Origin: an uncultured bacterium
GTDB taxonomy: Bacteria; Krumholzibacteriota; Krumholzibacteriia; JACNKJ01
Length of the DNA: 64,000 nt
Direction of reading: 5' to 3'
NCBI GenBank assembly: GCA_963695095.1
Contig: CAVOFT010000001.1
Span: forward strand, 2,624,001 to 2,688,000
The position numbers and the translations under genes are program-made. The notes beneath the pieces were generated by a model. It was given only the letters and a program-made list of their open reading frames with translations, did not search any database and was not told where the DNA came from. Every line of letters starts with the position of its first letter. The first letter of the stretch is position 1. Shown here in pieces: positions 41,653 to 51,025 of the stretch.

Positions 41653-42405
41653 ATGTGCAACCCTGCCCTGGTTCTGGCGGCGACTGCCCGCCGCGCCGCT
41701 GGCGCGCTGCTTGTCGTAGCGCTCGGCGCAGGCGGCGCCAGCGGCCTGTCGCCGACTCACGTCGAGACTTCCCTGCGCTTCCTCGAGTACGATGCCCCTG
41801 CTGGGCTGCTGGCCTACGAGGTCACGCTGCGCAATCTCTCCAACCTGCCCGTTTCGTCCCTGCTCCTGACGGCGGAGCCTGTCTGCGTCGAGGGCCCTTT
41901 CGCGGTCGTCGAACTGGCGCGGGAGCAGCAGGCCAGCCGCCGCTTCACCTTCCCGATGCCGGCGGACAGCCAGGTCCTGCAGCCGCGCTTCGACCTCGAG
42001 TACACGAATTTCGAGGGTGAGCGGATCCGCGTGCCGGCCTCGCGCCCGCCTTTGCTGACCAACGTGGACTTCGCGGCAGTGGATCTGGAGACGGGGCGCG
42101 TTTCGCTGCGGGTCGACTTGCAGAACCCCGGCGCGGAGGGCCTGCTCTTCGTCGAACTCTGGGTGGAGAACCCGGGCCTGGCCGAAGGAACGCTACGGCT
42201 CGGCGATCTTTCCCCCGGCCAGCGGTTGAGCCTGGAACTGCCCTTGGCGCTGCCGCCGGGGGAGCTCTTCTTCAACCCCACGCTTCACTTCAGCTACCAC
42301 GCCTTCAGGGCCGAGGGGACGCGGCTGCACCGCAGCTTCCTGACCCTCCTGCAGCCGCGCCTCGATCGCGTGGCGGCCTCGCTCGCCGGCCAGTCCAGGC
42401 CCTGA
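41653..42405 (+). CDS. Exported hypothetical protein with two Ig-like beta-sandwich repeats
   Basis: GGAGG RBS, ATG at 41653, signal-like N-terminus; repeated pattern VTLRN...ELAREQQ...F...PRFDLEY / VDLQN...DLSPGQR...L...PTLHFSY. Confidence 0.7.
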   Translation: MCNPALVLAATARRAAGALLVVALGAGGASGLSPTHVETSLRFLEYDAPAGLLAYEVTLRNLSNLPVSSLLLTAEPVCVEGPFAVVELAREQQASRRFTFPMPADSQVLQPRFDLEYTNFEGERIRVPASRPPLLTNVDFAAVDLETGRVSLRVDLQNPGAEGLLFVELWVENPGLAEGTLRLGDLSPGQRLSLELPLALPPGELFFNPTLHFSYHAFRAEGTRLHRSFLTLLQPRLDRVAASLAGQSRP

Positions 42406-42424
42406 GGCGGGGCCACTTCCTAGC

Positions 42425-42460
42425 ACGAAAACGGCCCTCTTATCAGAGATAAGAGGGCCG
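42425..42460 (-). terminator. Intrinsic terminator (13-bp perfect stem)
   Basis: CGGCCCTCTTATC-TCT-GATAAGAGGGCCG followed by TTTT on the minus strand. Confidence 0.85.
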
Positions 42461-42575
42461 CGCCACCACTCCTCTTGACTCCAGACTCGGCGAACCGAGT
42501 CCTTTGCGGGAAGGCGGAGTCCCCATGACGCTCCCCCTCCCCTTGGCCCTTTGGAATGATACCGGATACTCGGGC
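42427..42575 (-). ncRNA. Candidate sigma54-dependent small RNA (~150 nt)
   Basis: Bounded by a sigma54 promoter (42588-42603) and a terminator (42425-42460); internal stems 42508-42542 and 42484-42501; six GGA triplets. Not matched to any known family. Confidence 0.6.
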
Positions 42576-42586
42576 AGTCATGCTTT

Positions 42587-42603
42587 GGCAGGATGCGTGC
42601 CAA
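42587..42603 (-). promoter_or_regulatory. Sigma54 -24/-12 promoter
   Basis: TTGGCACGCATCCTGCC: perfect TGGCACG -24 box, GG(42601-42600)-N10-GC(42589-42588). Confidence 0.75.
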
Positions 42604-42715
42604 TCACCTCTCCGGGCAAGGCCGCCACCAATCCGTAACCAGCTGTATTCAATCAAGTTGCTGGACCTCCCCCAGATCGCTGGCGGAACTCGAAGCCTTC
42701 AGCACGAGGAATAGT

Positions 42716-42754
42716 AAAAAAAAGAGGTGGCGTAAAGGATCTTTACGCCACCTC
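42716..42754 (-). terminator. Intrinsic terminator after the small secreted protein gene
   Basis: GAGGTGGCGTAAAG-ATC-CTTTACGCCACCTC 14-bp stem followed by T8 on the minus strand. Confidence 0.9.
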
Positions 42755-42775
42755 GATTCCCAAGGGAGCCCGGCC

Positions 42776-43141
42776 CTACTCCAGCTTCTCGTTGTGCCCC
42801 GTGACATTGTCGCTGTTGAAGCGCCAGCGGCGGCCGCTCAGCACCCCATCGTGCAGGGTGATCGGATCGTTGCCCGCGCTCGTCCAGATGAACTTCACCT
42901 GCTCGATGCTGTAGCCATCCAGCGGCTGCAGATAGCCCCAGACCCGAGCCGGCGTGATCCCCTCGAAGCTGATCTCGAGCCGCTGGGTCGTGACGACGGT
43001 GAAGTCCTCGCCGGCGAATGAAAAGTGCGTCATGCCCGGATCGACGACGATGGTGTACAGAGGGCCCTCGGCTGGCGCGAGCGCGCTCGTCGCGATCAGG
43101 CAGAACAGGGCCAGCGATGCGATCTTGAGCAGGTTCTTCAT
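42776..43141 (-). CDS. Small secreted hypothetical protein (121 aa)
   Basis: GAGGAGG RBS; signal peptide MKNLLKIASLALFCLIATSALA; beta-rich mature part; terminator downstream. Confidence 0.85.
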   Translation of the reverse strand: MKNLLKIASLALFCLIATSALAPAEGPLYTIVVDPGMTHFSFAGEDFTVVTTQRLEISFEGITPARVWGYLQPLDGYSIEQVKFIWTSAGNDPITLHDGVLSGRRWRFNSDNVTGHNEKLE

Positions 43142-43207
43142 GGGCGAGCCTCCTCAGGGCCAGTTGTTGAGGGCTTGGCGGCGCTGCCTATACCCCTTCG
43201 CTTGCGC

Positions 43208-46200
43208 TCAGGGCGCCGTCTCTCCGTCTCCACGCAGTCTAGCATAGATGCGCAGTCTGCGATAGAGGGTAGGCTTGCTGATCCCGAGCAGGCGAGCCGC
43301 CCGCGTCTTGCTCCCGACCGCCCGCACCAGATGGTGAGCGAGGGCCGCCTGCAGCGGCAGCTCCAGCGGCTGCTCCTCGGAGAATTCCGCGGACGCGACG
43401 AGGAGGGCCGCCAGGGCGTCCAGGCTCTGAGCAGCCCCCAGCTCCCGCCGCGTCTCCAGGAAGTCCTCGGGCAGATCCTCGGGTTGGATGAGCTGTCCCC
43501 GCGAGAGCACGACACTGGAATAGATGACATTCTTGAGCTGCCGGATATTGCCCGGCCAGGGGTGCGTCTGGAAGAGATCGCTCACCTCGGGCGCGAGGCG
43601 CTTGATCCCCCCGGGCAGACCGGCGCAGGCCTGGGCCAGGAAGTGCTCGATGAGCAGCGGGATATCCTCCCGCTTCTCGCGCAGCGGCGAGAGCTGGAAG
43701 CGCAGGACGTTGATCCGGTAGAAGAGGTCCTCGCGGAAGCGACCGCTGCGCACGTCGGCCTCCAGCTGCCGGTTGGTGGCCGCCAGGACGCGGACGTCGG
43801 CCCGCAGCACCTGCGTGCCGCCCACGCGATTGAACTCCTTGTTCTGCAGCACCCGCAGCAGCTTCGCCTGCATGTCGGCGCTCATCTCGCCGATCTCGTC
43901 CAGCAGAACCGTGCCCCCCGCCGCCTCCTCGAAGACGCCGATGTGGCGGCTCACCGCGCTCGTGAAGGCGCCGCGTTCGTGACCGAAGAGAGTGCTCTCC
44001 AGCAGCGGGGCCGGAATCGAGGCGCAGTTCACGGGCAGGAAGGGGCGTCCCCGTCGGGCGCCGCTGTAGTGGATCGCCCGGGCCACCTCCTCCTTGCCGG
44101 TGCCGGACTCCCCCGTGATGAGCACGGTGCTGTCCACGTCGAGCACGCGCTCGATGAGCTGCTTGAGGCGCTGCATGTCGCGCCCCCTGCCGACCAGATG
44201 CGGGAGTTCCCCTGCCGCCACCCGGGCAGGCGGCGTCGCGGCCCCCGCCGCGCTGCGGCCCTGCTCGCGGCGCAGGCCGAGGCGCAGCAGCCGGGCAATC
44301 CCCGCGAGGAAGTCGCGCTCCGCCGCCGTACTCGGCTCTCCGCCGCGCTCGAGGACGAGCACCCCCTCCGCGGCGTCGGCACCCTCCGGTCGTAGGGGTT
44401 GCAGCAGCAGGCGACTCCCCCCAGCGGTGGCCGGCGCCAGCTCCTCCTGATTGGCGGATGACCAGAGCTGCGGGCCAAGCTTCTCCTCCGCGCCGCGCAC
44501 CTCGTCGCCGAGCCAGATCGGCGCACCGGCCGCCGATTCGGGCGCGAGGCCCAGCCGCACTCGACGGTAGCCGAAGGAATCGCGCAGCAGGTCGAGCACG
44601 CGCTCCAGACCCTCGCGCGGGTCGCCGGCGCCCTCCAGAAGTGCCAGGCCCTGGTAGAGCCCGGCCAGGCGCAGCCGGCCGTCGCCTTCGATGCGCTCGA
44701 CGAAGCGGCCCAGCCGCTGCTGGAGGCGCAGCTGCAGTGTGTCCCATTCGGCGACGAGGGCACTCACCTTGCGCCGCTCGATGATGTCCGTCGCCAAGTG
44801 CAGGCACTCCCGGGCGCGCGGCTCGTCGCCGTCTTCCAGGCGCAGGAGACCGATCCGGCTGTACATGCGCGCCAGCATTTCATAGCGGTCCAGGCTGGCG
44901 TAGAGATCGGCGGCCTTCTCGAGCGCGGTCAAGGCCTGCGCGCGCGCTCCGCCCGCCAAGTGCACGTCGACAGCGGCGGCCTGGATGCGGGCCTCTTCCA
45001 GGCGATTGTTGATGCGCCAGACCGAGACCAGGCCCTCCTCGATCGTCGCTCGCGCTCCCTGCAAATCGCCGAGGGCGAGCTGCACCGGAATCAGCCGCCG
45101 GAACATGGTGGCCAGCTCCGTATGCGCCTCGATGGCGCGGCAGGTGGCGATGGCCGAGCGCAGGTGGGCCAGCGCCGCCTCCGGGTGCCCCTCGACCTGT
45201 TCGATCTCGCCGAGCAAACCCTCCACCTCGGCGCCCAGCTGGATGTTGCCGACCACGCGGTTCAGCTCGAGGCACTCCTGGCACTGGGCGCGGGCGGTTG
45301 TCAGGTCGTTCAGCTCGAAATTGATCAGGGCCACGTTGTAGAGGCTGATCAGGTAGCCGGGGAAGTTCTTGAGCCGCTTCTTGATCGCCATGCTGCGGTT
45401 GAAGTAGTCGATGGCGAGGGCGAAGCGCTCGGTGAGGCGGTACAGATTGCCCAGGTTGTTGAGGCTGGCCGCCACGCGGTTCTCGTCGCCGGCGCGCTCG
45501 CGCAGGGCGAGGGCGCGCTTGTAGTAGGCCTCGGCCTCTTGCCACCGATTGAGCGCCCACTGGGCGGCACCCAGGGTGTTGTAGGTCTGTCCCAGCTCCA
45601 CTTGATGGGCGGTGGGCTCGAACAGGCGCAGGGCGACCTCACAGCGCTCCACCGCCCGCTCGTGCTCCCCCTTGCGGTAGTGCAACCAGGCCAGCTCGTT
45701 GAGCAGCAAGCCCCGCTCGTAGCCGGACAGCGCCTCGCTGTAGACATCCAGCAGGCGGCCGAGGATGCCGATCGCCCAGGCGAACTCGCCGCGCGTCTCA
45801 CCGATCTCCGCGAGCTGGCGCAGGAGGACGCTGACGGCCGGCAGCAGCTCGGGGACCGACGCACTCGGCAGCGCGACGGCCGCGCCGCCGGTCGCCTGGA
45901 GGCGATCCAGGAAATCCTCGCTGCCGGTGAGGGCGCGCAGGCCGGCCTGGTAGGCCTCGGCGGCGGCATCGAGGTCCCCGCGCTGGAGGAGGCTGCCGCC
46001 CAGCAGCAAGTAGACGCGGCGCAGGCCCTCGACGCCGAGCTGCCGCTCCACGCGGGGATCGCGCATCAGATCCACCAGATGGGCCAGCAGGAGCGGATAC
46101 CCCTCGCGCTCCGCCCAGCGGAACAGCGCCAGGCTCTCTCGGGCCAGGCTCGTCCAGTCCTCGGCGCCGCGCAGGTGCTGCAGGCGCAAGAGCGCAGCCC

Positions 46201-47722
46201 TGGCGGCGGCCGGCTTGCCGATGCCCGCGCGCTCGGGCGCTGGGAAGAGGCCGGCGCACAGGCGCTGCAACTCTTGACGCCGGACCGGCGCCAGGCCCTC
46301 GCGCAGACTGCGCCGGAGCCCCACATCCGCCAGCTCGATGCGCAGTCCCCAGCGGCCGCTGGCCGCATCCAGGCCGGGCCGCCAGGCCAGGAGCCCGCGC
46401 CGATCCAGCGCGGAAACCCGGCTGAAGCAGGCCGCCTCACCCTCATCGAAGAGCCGGGTCAGCAAGCCGAGCGACAGCGCCTCATTCTGCAAGGCCAGGA
46501 GTTCGAGCAGGGGCCGACTGTCCGCGGGCTCGGCAGTAGCCTGCCGGGGAGCCGCAGGCGCGACGGACGGCTTCGGCGCGGACGGCGAGGCGAGGCGCTG
46601 CCGCTTCAGTCGCGGCCATTCGGCCAGCAATTGCTCCGCGCAGGCCGCCAGCTCGCCATGGCCGCGATCCTGGTCCGGACCCGCGAGCACGAGCAGGCGC
46701 GCCGCGCCTGGATTCGTCCAGAGGCGATCCAGAAGCAAGGAGGGCGTTTCGAGGCCGTCCACCCAGCGCAGGGCGCCGGCGGCCTCGCGGCTGCCCTCGC
46801 CACTGCGCACCCAGGGCTGCTCGGCTGCTTCGCCCCGCTCCTCGCCGCTGCGCGCGAACTGCAGGGCGAGCGCCCGCTGCAGCTGTCGGGCTTCCGGACC
46901 GCCCACCTCGAGCCAGAGGTCCTCGCCGCTGCGAAATGCCCGCAACAAGGACTCGGCGCGGGCTGCCAGCGCCGGGTCCGGCCCGGTCGCCAGCGCGTCG
47001 GCGGCAGCGGCCAGCTCCGCCAGGGCGGCATCGCCGGCCAGAGGGGAGGCCGCCAGCAGCGCGCTGGCCGTGGGGCGGGCCGTGGGGTCGGCGGCCAGGA
47101 GTCGCGGCAGCTCCCGGGCGCGGAAGTCCGCCCAGGCCGGGCACTCGGCAGCCCAGCGCGCAACGATGTGGCCGAAGCCGTGGAGGTCGGCCCCCTGATC
47201 CAGGTCCAGGCCCGCGCGCAGGGCAGGCGAGGGGTCGAGGCCCGGCGCTCCGGCCTCGAGGAAGCCCGGGAAGTGCAGGATCATCGGCGGCAGGTAGAGC
47301 AGGCCGCCCCGGCCATCGCTCCAGATCAGCTCGGGCGCGAGCTGCGTGAAGGGCAGGCCCTCGACGCGCCCCAGCAGCAGATCGCCCAGGAGCACGGCGA
47401 GCAGGCCCGTCGCGGCCTCCGGCGACGGCGCCGGCAAGGGCCCTGCCTCCGCCGGCAGCTCGAGCAGGGCGTAGGTGGCGCCATCCCGCTGTCCCAGTCG
47501 ACAGGCCATGGCGCGCTCGCCGCAAAGCTCGCGCGCGCGGAATTGCCGGTAGGCGAGACTGGCCAGATCCAGGGGCGCCCGCTCGGCCTGCTGGTAGAGG
47601 TAGAGCAGGGCGCGCTGGCCGCCCAGGACATCGCGCAGGAGGAAGCTGTGGAGCAGCTCGCTCTCATCGAGGGCGCGCTCCACGCGATAGCGGGCGAGAA
47701 AGAGGCTGCCGACAGCGAGCAT
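43208..47722 (-). CDS. Giant sigma54 enhancer-binding protein: pseudokinase, degenerate STAND-like region, TPR, GAF-like, AAA+, Fis HTH
   Basis: VLITGESGTGKEEVARAIH, VNCA, LFGHERGAFTSA, LLDEIGEM, QAKLLRVLQ, FREDLFYRIN, WPGNIRQL, AARLLGISKPTLYRRL; TPR repeats (LNNLGNLY); start at 47722 inferred. Confidence 0.92.
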   Translation of the reverse strand: MLAVGSLFLARYRVERALDESELLHSFLLRDVLGGQRALLYLYQQAERAPLDLASLAYRQFRARELCGERAMACRLGQRDGATYALLELPAEAGPLPAPSPEAATGLLAVLLGDLLLGRVEGLPFTQLAPELIWSDGRGGLLYLPPMILHFPGFLEAGAPGLDPSPALRAGLDLDQGADLHGFGHIVARWAAECPAWADFRARELPRLLAADPTARPTASALLAASPLAGDAALAELAAAADALATGPDPALAARAESLLRAFRSGEDLWLEVGGPEARQLQRALALQFARSGEERGEAAEQPWVRSGEGSREAAGALRWVDGLETPSLLLDRLWTNPGAARLLVLAGPDQDRGHGELAACAEQLLAEWPRLKRQRLASPSAPKPSVAPAAPRQATAEPADSRPLLELLALQNEALSLGLLTRLFDEGEAACFSRVSALDRRGLLAWRPGLDAASGRWGLRIELADVGLRRSLREGLAPVRRQELQRLCAGLFPAPERAGIGKPAAARAALLRLQHLRGAEDWTSLARESLALFRWAEREGYPLLLAHLVDLMRDPRVERQLGVEGLRRVYLLLGGSLLQRGDLDAAAEAYQAGLRALTGSEDFLDRLQATGGAAVALPSASVPELLPAVSVLLRQLAEIGETRGEFAWAIGILGRLLDVYSEALSGYERGLLLNELAWLHYRKGEHERAVERCEVALRLFEPTAHQVELGQTYNTLGAAQWALNRWQEAEAYYKRALALRERAGDENRVAASLNNLGNLYRLTERFALAIDYFNRSMAIKKRLKNFPGYLISLYNVALINFELNDLTTARAQCQECLELNRVVGNIQLGAEVEGLLGEIEQVEGHPEAALAHLRSAIATCRAIEAHTELATMFRRLIPVQLALGDLQGARATIEEGLVSVWRINNRLEEARIQAAAVDVHLAGGARAQALTALEKAADLYASLDRYEMLARMYSRIGLLRLEDGDEPRARECLHLATDIIERRKVSALVAEWDTLQLRLQQRLGRFVERIEGDGRLRLAGLYQGLALLEGAGDPREGLERVLDLLRDSFGYRRVRLGLAPESAAGAPIWLGDEVRGAEEKLGPQLWSSANQEELAPATAGGSRLLLQPLRPEGADAAEGVLVLERGGEPSTAAERDFLAGIARLLRLGLRREQGRSAAGAATPPARVAAGELPHLVGRGRDMQRLKQLIERVLDVDSTVLITGESGTGKEEVARAIHYSGARRGRPFLPVNCASIPAPLLESTLFGHERGAFTSAVSRHIGVFEEAAGGTVLLDEIGEMSADMQAKLLRVLQNKEFNRVGGTQVLRADVRVLAATNRQLEADVRSGRFREDLFYRINVLRFQLSPLREKREDIPLLIEHFLAQACAGLPGGIKRLAPEVSDLFQTHPWPGNIRQLKNVIYSSVVLSRGQLIQPEDLPEDFLETRRELGAAQSLDALAALLVASAEFSEEQPLELPLQAALAHHLVRAVGSKTRAARLLGISKPTLYRRLRIYARLRGDGETAP

Positions 47723-47870
47723 GGCTGGCACCGCGTTAAGATTCTTGACCGCTCTCGATTTTACACCAGGCGAGGCCCCGCGAACAGGCCTGAGCGGAGA
47801 AAGCCGGGCTGGTGCCGGAGCCCGTAAGTCACTATGATTCCCGCTGATCACAACATCCGGGAGACCCGCC

Positions 47871-48670
47871 ATGAAGCCTGCGAATGCGCGGCCTGCGAAG
47901 CGCCTGCTGCCCTTGCTCCTGCTCGGCTTGCTGCCCGCCTGCGCCGAGAAGGAGACGGTGTTCCCGCGGGACACCAATCTGAACGTGCCCGAGGACTACG
48001 CCAGCCCCCAGCTGGCCGCGGCCGCGGCTCGCGCCGGCGACCAGATCATCGTGAGCTATCGGGCGGCAGCCTACGTGGGCGATCTCGACTTGCCCACGGG
48101 CGTCTCGATGATCGGTCACGTGGAGAATCCCCTGCTGCCCCGGATCACCGGCCAGGTCACGGTGAACGGCGGCGATGACCGGGTGAAGATCGCGCGCCTG
48201 GGCATCGACAATCCGGCCGGCAGCGGGCTGCACCTCGTCGGCAGCGCCTGCAAGATCGAGGAGCTCTGGATTCACGACTGCGATGGCCCCGGCATCGAGC
48301 TCATCGGCGATGCGCCTGCCTACATCCTCGCCTGCGACATCCAGCGCTGCGGGCCGGGCATCCTCATCCGCGACACCACCCAGGGCGGCAACTACGGCGA
48401 TGTCGAGCACCCCGCCGCCCGCATCACCGACTGCAACTTCCTCGAGAACGGTCCGGCGGGCGATCTCGACAACCTCGTCTTCGCGAACATCCCCGTGCTG
48501 TACACGGTCTACGTGGAGTCAGAATCACTGGGGAGAGGACGTCGATCGGCGTGCCGGCCATCGACGCCACGATCTACGACAACAAGGACGATGCCAGTCA
48601 TCCGCGGGCTCGCTGACACCAGCGGCCAGGACTTCAGCTCCTGGCCCAGTCCGATCGACCACTGGTGGCG
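47871..48670 (+). CDS. Lipoprotein with parallel beta-helix (pectin-lyase-like) repeats; 3' end frameshifted and approximate
   Basis: Lipobox LLPAC; NVPEDYASPQLAAAAARAGDQIIV entry motif; repeats GSGLHL, GPGIEL, GPGILI, ITDCNFLEN. Confidence 0.7.
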
Positions 48671-49717
48671 GACGAGAATCGAGGGCGACCGGCCCTCGCC
48701 TTGCTCGTCGCCCTCGCCGCCGGCTGCGCCCGCGAGGCGCCGCCGCGGCGCTTCGAGTTCCCCAGCATGGGCACGGCGGCTGCCCTGGAGCTGCGCGGTG
48801 CCGAGAGCGCTCGCGACAGCCTCGCGCTCGCCCGGGTGCAGGCGCGCTTCGCCGCCGTCGAGGCCGCCATGAGCACCTGGGACCGGGACTCCGAGCTCTC
48901 CCGGGCGAACCGCGCGCCCGTCGACTCCGCCTTCTCGCTGTCCCCGCTCGCCGGCGACTGCCTGGCCCTCGCCCTCGAGTTGCGCGCCGCCAGCGGCGGC
49001 GCCTTCGAGCCCGGCGCCGGGCCACTGATGCGGCTCTGGGGATTCACCCGCCGCGAGGGCCGCCTGCCCGATCCCGACAGCCTCGCTGCGCTGCTGCCCG
49101 CCCTCGGCGCCTACAGCTACGAGCCGCCCGCCCGGCGCCTGACGCGGCGCCACCCGGCCGTGGCCCTGGACCTGGGCGGCATCGCCAAGGGCTACGCCCT
49201 CGACCTGGCGGCGGCGGACCTGCGCGCCCTGGGCCTGCGCGCGGCCTTGATCGACCTGGGCGGCAACCTCTACTGCCTCGGCGAGGCCGCGCCGGGCGAG
49301 GCCTGGCAGGTGGGCATCCGCGATCCCCTGGATCGCGAGCGCATGTTCGCCGCCCTGGCCCTGCGCGATGAGGCCGTGGCCACCAGCGGCTCCTACGAGC
49401 GCTTCGTCGACGATCGCGGGCCGCCGCTACGGGCACATCATGAATCCCGCCACGGGCCGGCCCGCCGAGGGTCTGCTCAGCGCCACCGTGGTCTGCGCCG
49501 AAGCGGGGCTCGGCGACGGGCTCTCCACGGCGCTCTTCGTCCTCGGCCCCGGCGCGGCCGAGGCCCTGCTGCGCGGCCGCCTACCCCGAGGCGCTGGCGG
49601 TGCTGGTGTCGGCGGAGGACGGGGATCGCCTGCTGCGTGCGCGCGAGCGCCGGCCTCAGGGGCCGCCTGCGCATCCTGCCCGCGGACGCGGCGCGCTGCC
49701 GGATCGAGTTCTTCTAG
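48665..49717 (+). CDS. apbE: FAD:protein FMN transferase (apparent frameshifts after 49410)
   Basis: Lipobox [53 protein letters not shown] and GLSTALFV in a shifted frame; adjacent to rnf. Confidence 0.9.
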   Translation: MADENRGRPALALLVALAAGCAREAPPRRFEFPSMGTAAALELRGAESARDSLALARVQARFAAVEAAMSTWDRDSELSRANRAPVDSAFSLSPLAGDCLALALELRAASGGAFEPGAGPLMRLWGFTRREGRLPDPDSLAALLPALGAYSYEPPARRLTRRHPAVALDLGGIAKGYALDLAAADLRALGLRAALIDLGGNLYCLGEAAPGEAWQVGIRDPLDRERMFAALALRDEAVATSGSYERFVDDRGPPLRAHHESRHGPARRGSAQRHRGLRRSGARRRALHGALRPRPRRGRGPAARPPTPRRWRCWCRRRTGIACCVRASAGLRGRLRILPADAARCRIEFF

Positions 49718-50407
49718 GCCCGCTTGGCCGCCGGCTCCTCGTTCAGGTGGCAGAGCACGCAGTTGCCGCAGTCCATCTCCCGCGGCGGCTCGTAGGTCTC
49801 GCCGGCCCGCAGGGCGCGGCGCTCCTCGAGCCGGTTCATCCCGGCCAGCAGCAGGCCCAGGGTGAGGAAGGCGCCCGGCGGCAGGATCATCACCAGCACC
49901 GGCGGGAAGCTCGGCGCCGAAGAGCGAGAGGCCGAGCAGGCTGCCGTTGCCGAGCAGCTCCCGCAGGATCGCCCAGCGACATCAGGGCGAGGGTGAAGCC
50001 GAGGCCCATGCCCAGGCCGTCGGCCAGGGAGGCGCGAACGCCGTTGCGGCTGGCGAAGGCCTCGGCGCGGCCCAGGATGATGCAGTTGACCACGATCAGC
50101 GGGATGAAGAGGCCCAGGCTCCGGTGCAGCGCGAGGCAAGTAGGCGTGCATCACCAGGTCGACGATGGTCACGAAGCAGGCGATGACCACGATGTAGGCC
50201 GGGATGCGCACCTTGCGCGGGATGAAGCCGCGCAGCATGGCGATGATCAGATTGCTGCAGACGAGCACGAAGGTGGCCGCCAGGCCCATGCCGAGCGCCG
50301 TTCTCCACCGAGGTGGTGACGGCCAGCGTGGGACACAAGCCCAGCATGAGGCGGAAGATGGGATTCTCGTTCCAGAGCCCGCGCGTGAAGGTGCTGGTCA
50401 AGCTCAT
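49714..50407 (-). CDS. rnfE: Rnf complex subunit E (several apparent frameshifts)
   Basis: [58 protein letters not shown] pieces spread over three frames. Confidence 0.88.
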
Positions 50408-51025
50408 GGCGCGACCTCCGTCGTGCTGCTGTCGCAGCGGCCGCCCGGGGCGCGGCGTCCACCTGCGGGCGATCGGCGGCGTAGCGGGCGAGGGCCTCGC
50501 CGATGGCGCCGGCCAGGGCCCGCCCCGTCACCGTGGCGCCGGTGACCGCGTCGAGATCGCCGCCGTCGGCCTTCACCCGCCAGTCCGTGTCCGCCAGCGC
50601 ATGGCCGGCGTAGAAGCGCGCGAGCAGTGCGGGATCGGCGTACTTGGCGCCCAGGCCCGGCGTCTCGGCGTGGCGCAGGATGCGCAGGCCACTGACACTG
50701 CCCTGGGCATCCACGCCGAGCATGACGCTCGATCTCGCCGGAGTAGCCCGTCTTGCTGAGGGCCTTGAAGGCCGCCCCGACGGGCGCCTCGCCCTGGTAG
50801 CCGCGCCAGTAGCTGCGCTCGCCGCCGCCGTCGGCCAGGTCCACGCGGTCGGCGTCGGGGGCGTTGTCGAAGGGCGGCATCACCGCGGCCACGGCCTCCA
50901 TGCGCTCGCGCAGCATGGCCTGGCGGATGGGCTCGCGGGTCGTGGCGTCCACCTGGCTCAGCAGGAGGGCGGCGATGCCGCAGATCAGGGCCAGGCGCAG
51001 GCCACAGGTTCAGGGTCTCCTTCAT
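50404..51025 (-). CDS. rnfG: Rnf complex subunit G (apparent frameshifts)
   Basis: MKETL + [43 protein letters not shown]-binding motif. Confidence 0.88.

Noticed and set aside
42420..42656. 78-aa and 136-aa minus-strand ORFs across the candidate sRNA region
   Set aside because: They start at non-ATG codons without a clear RBS and run through the sigma54 promoter and terminator hairpin.
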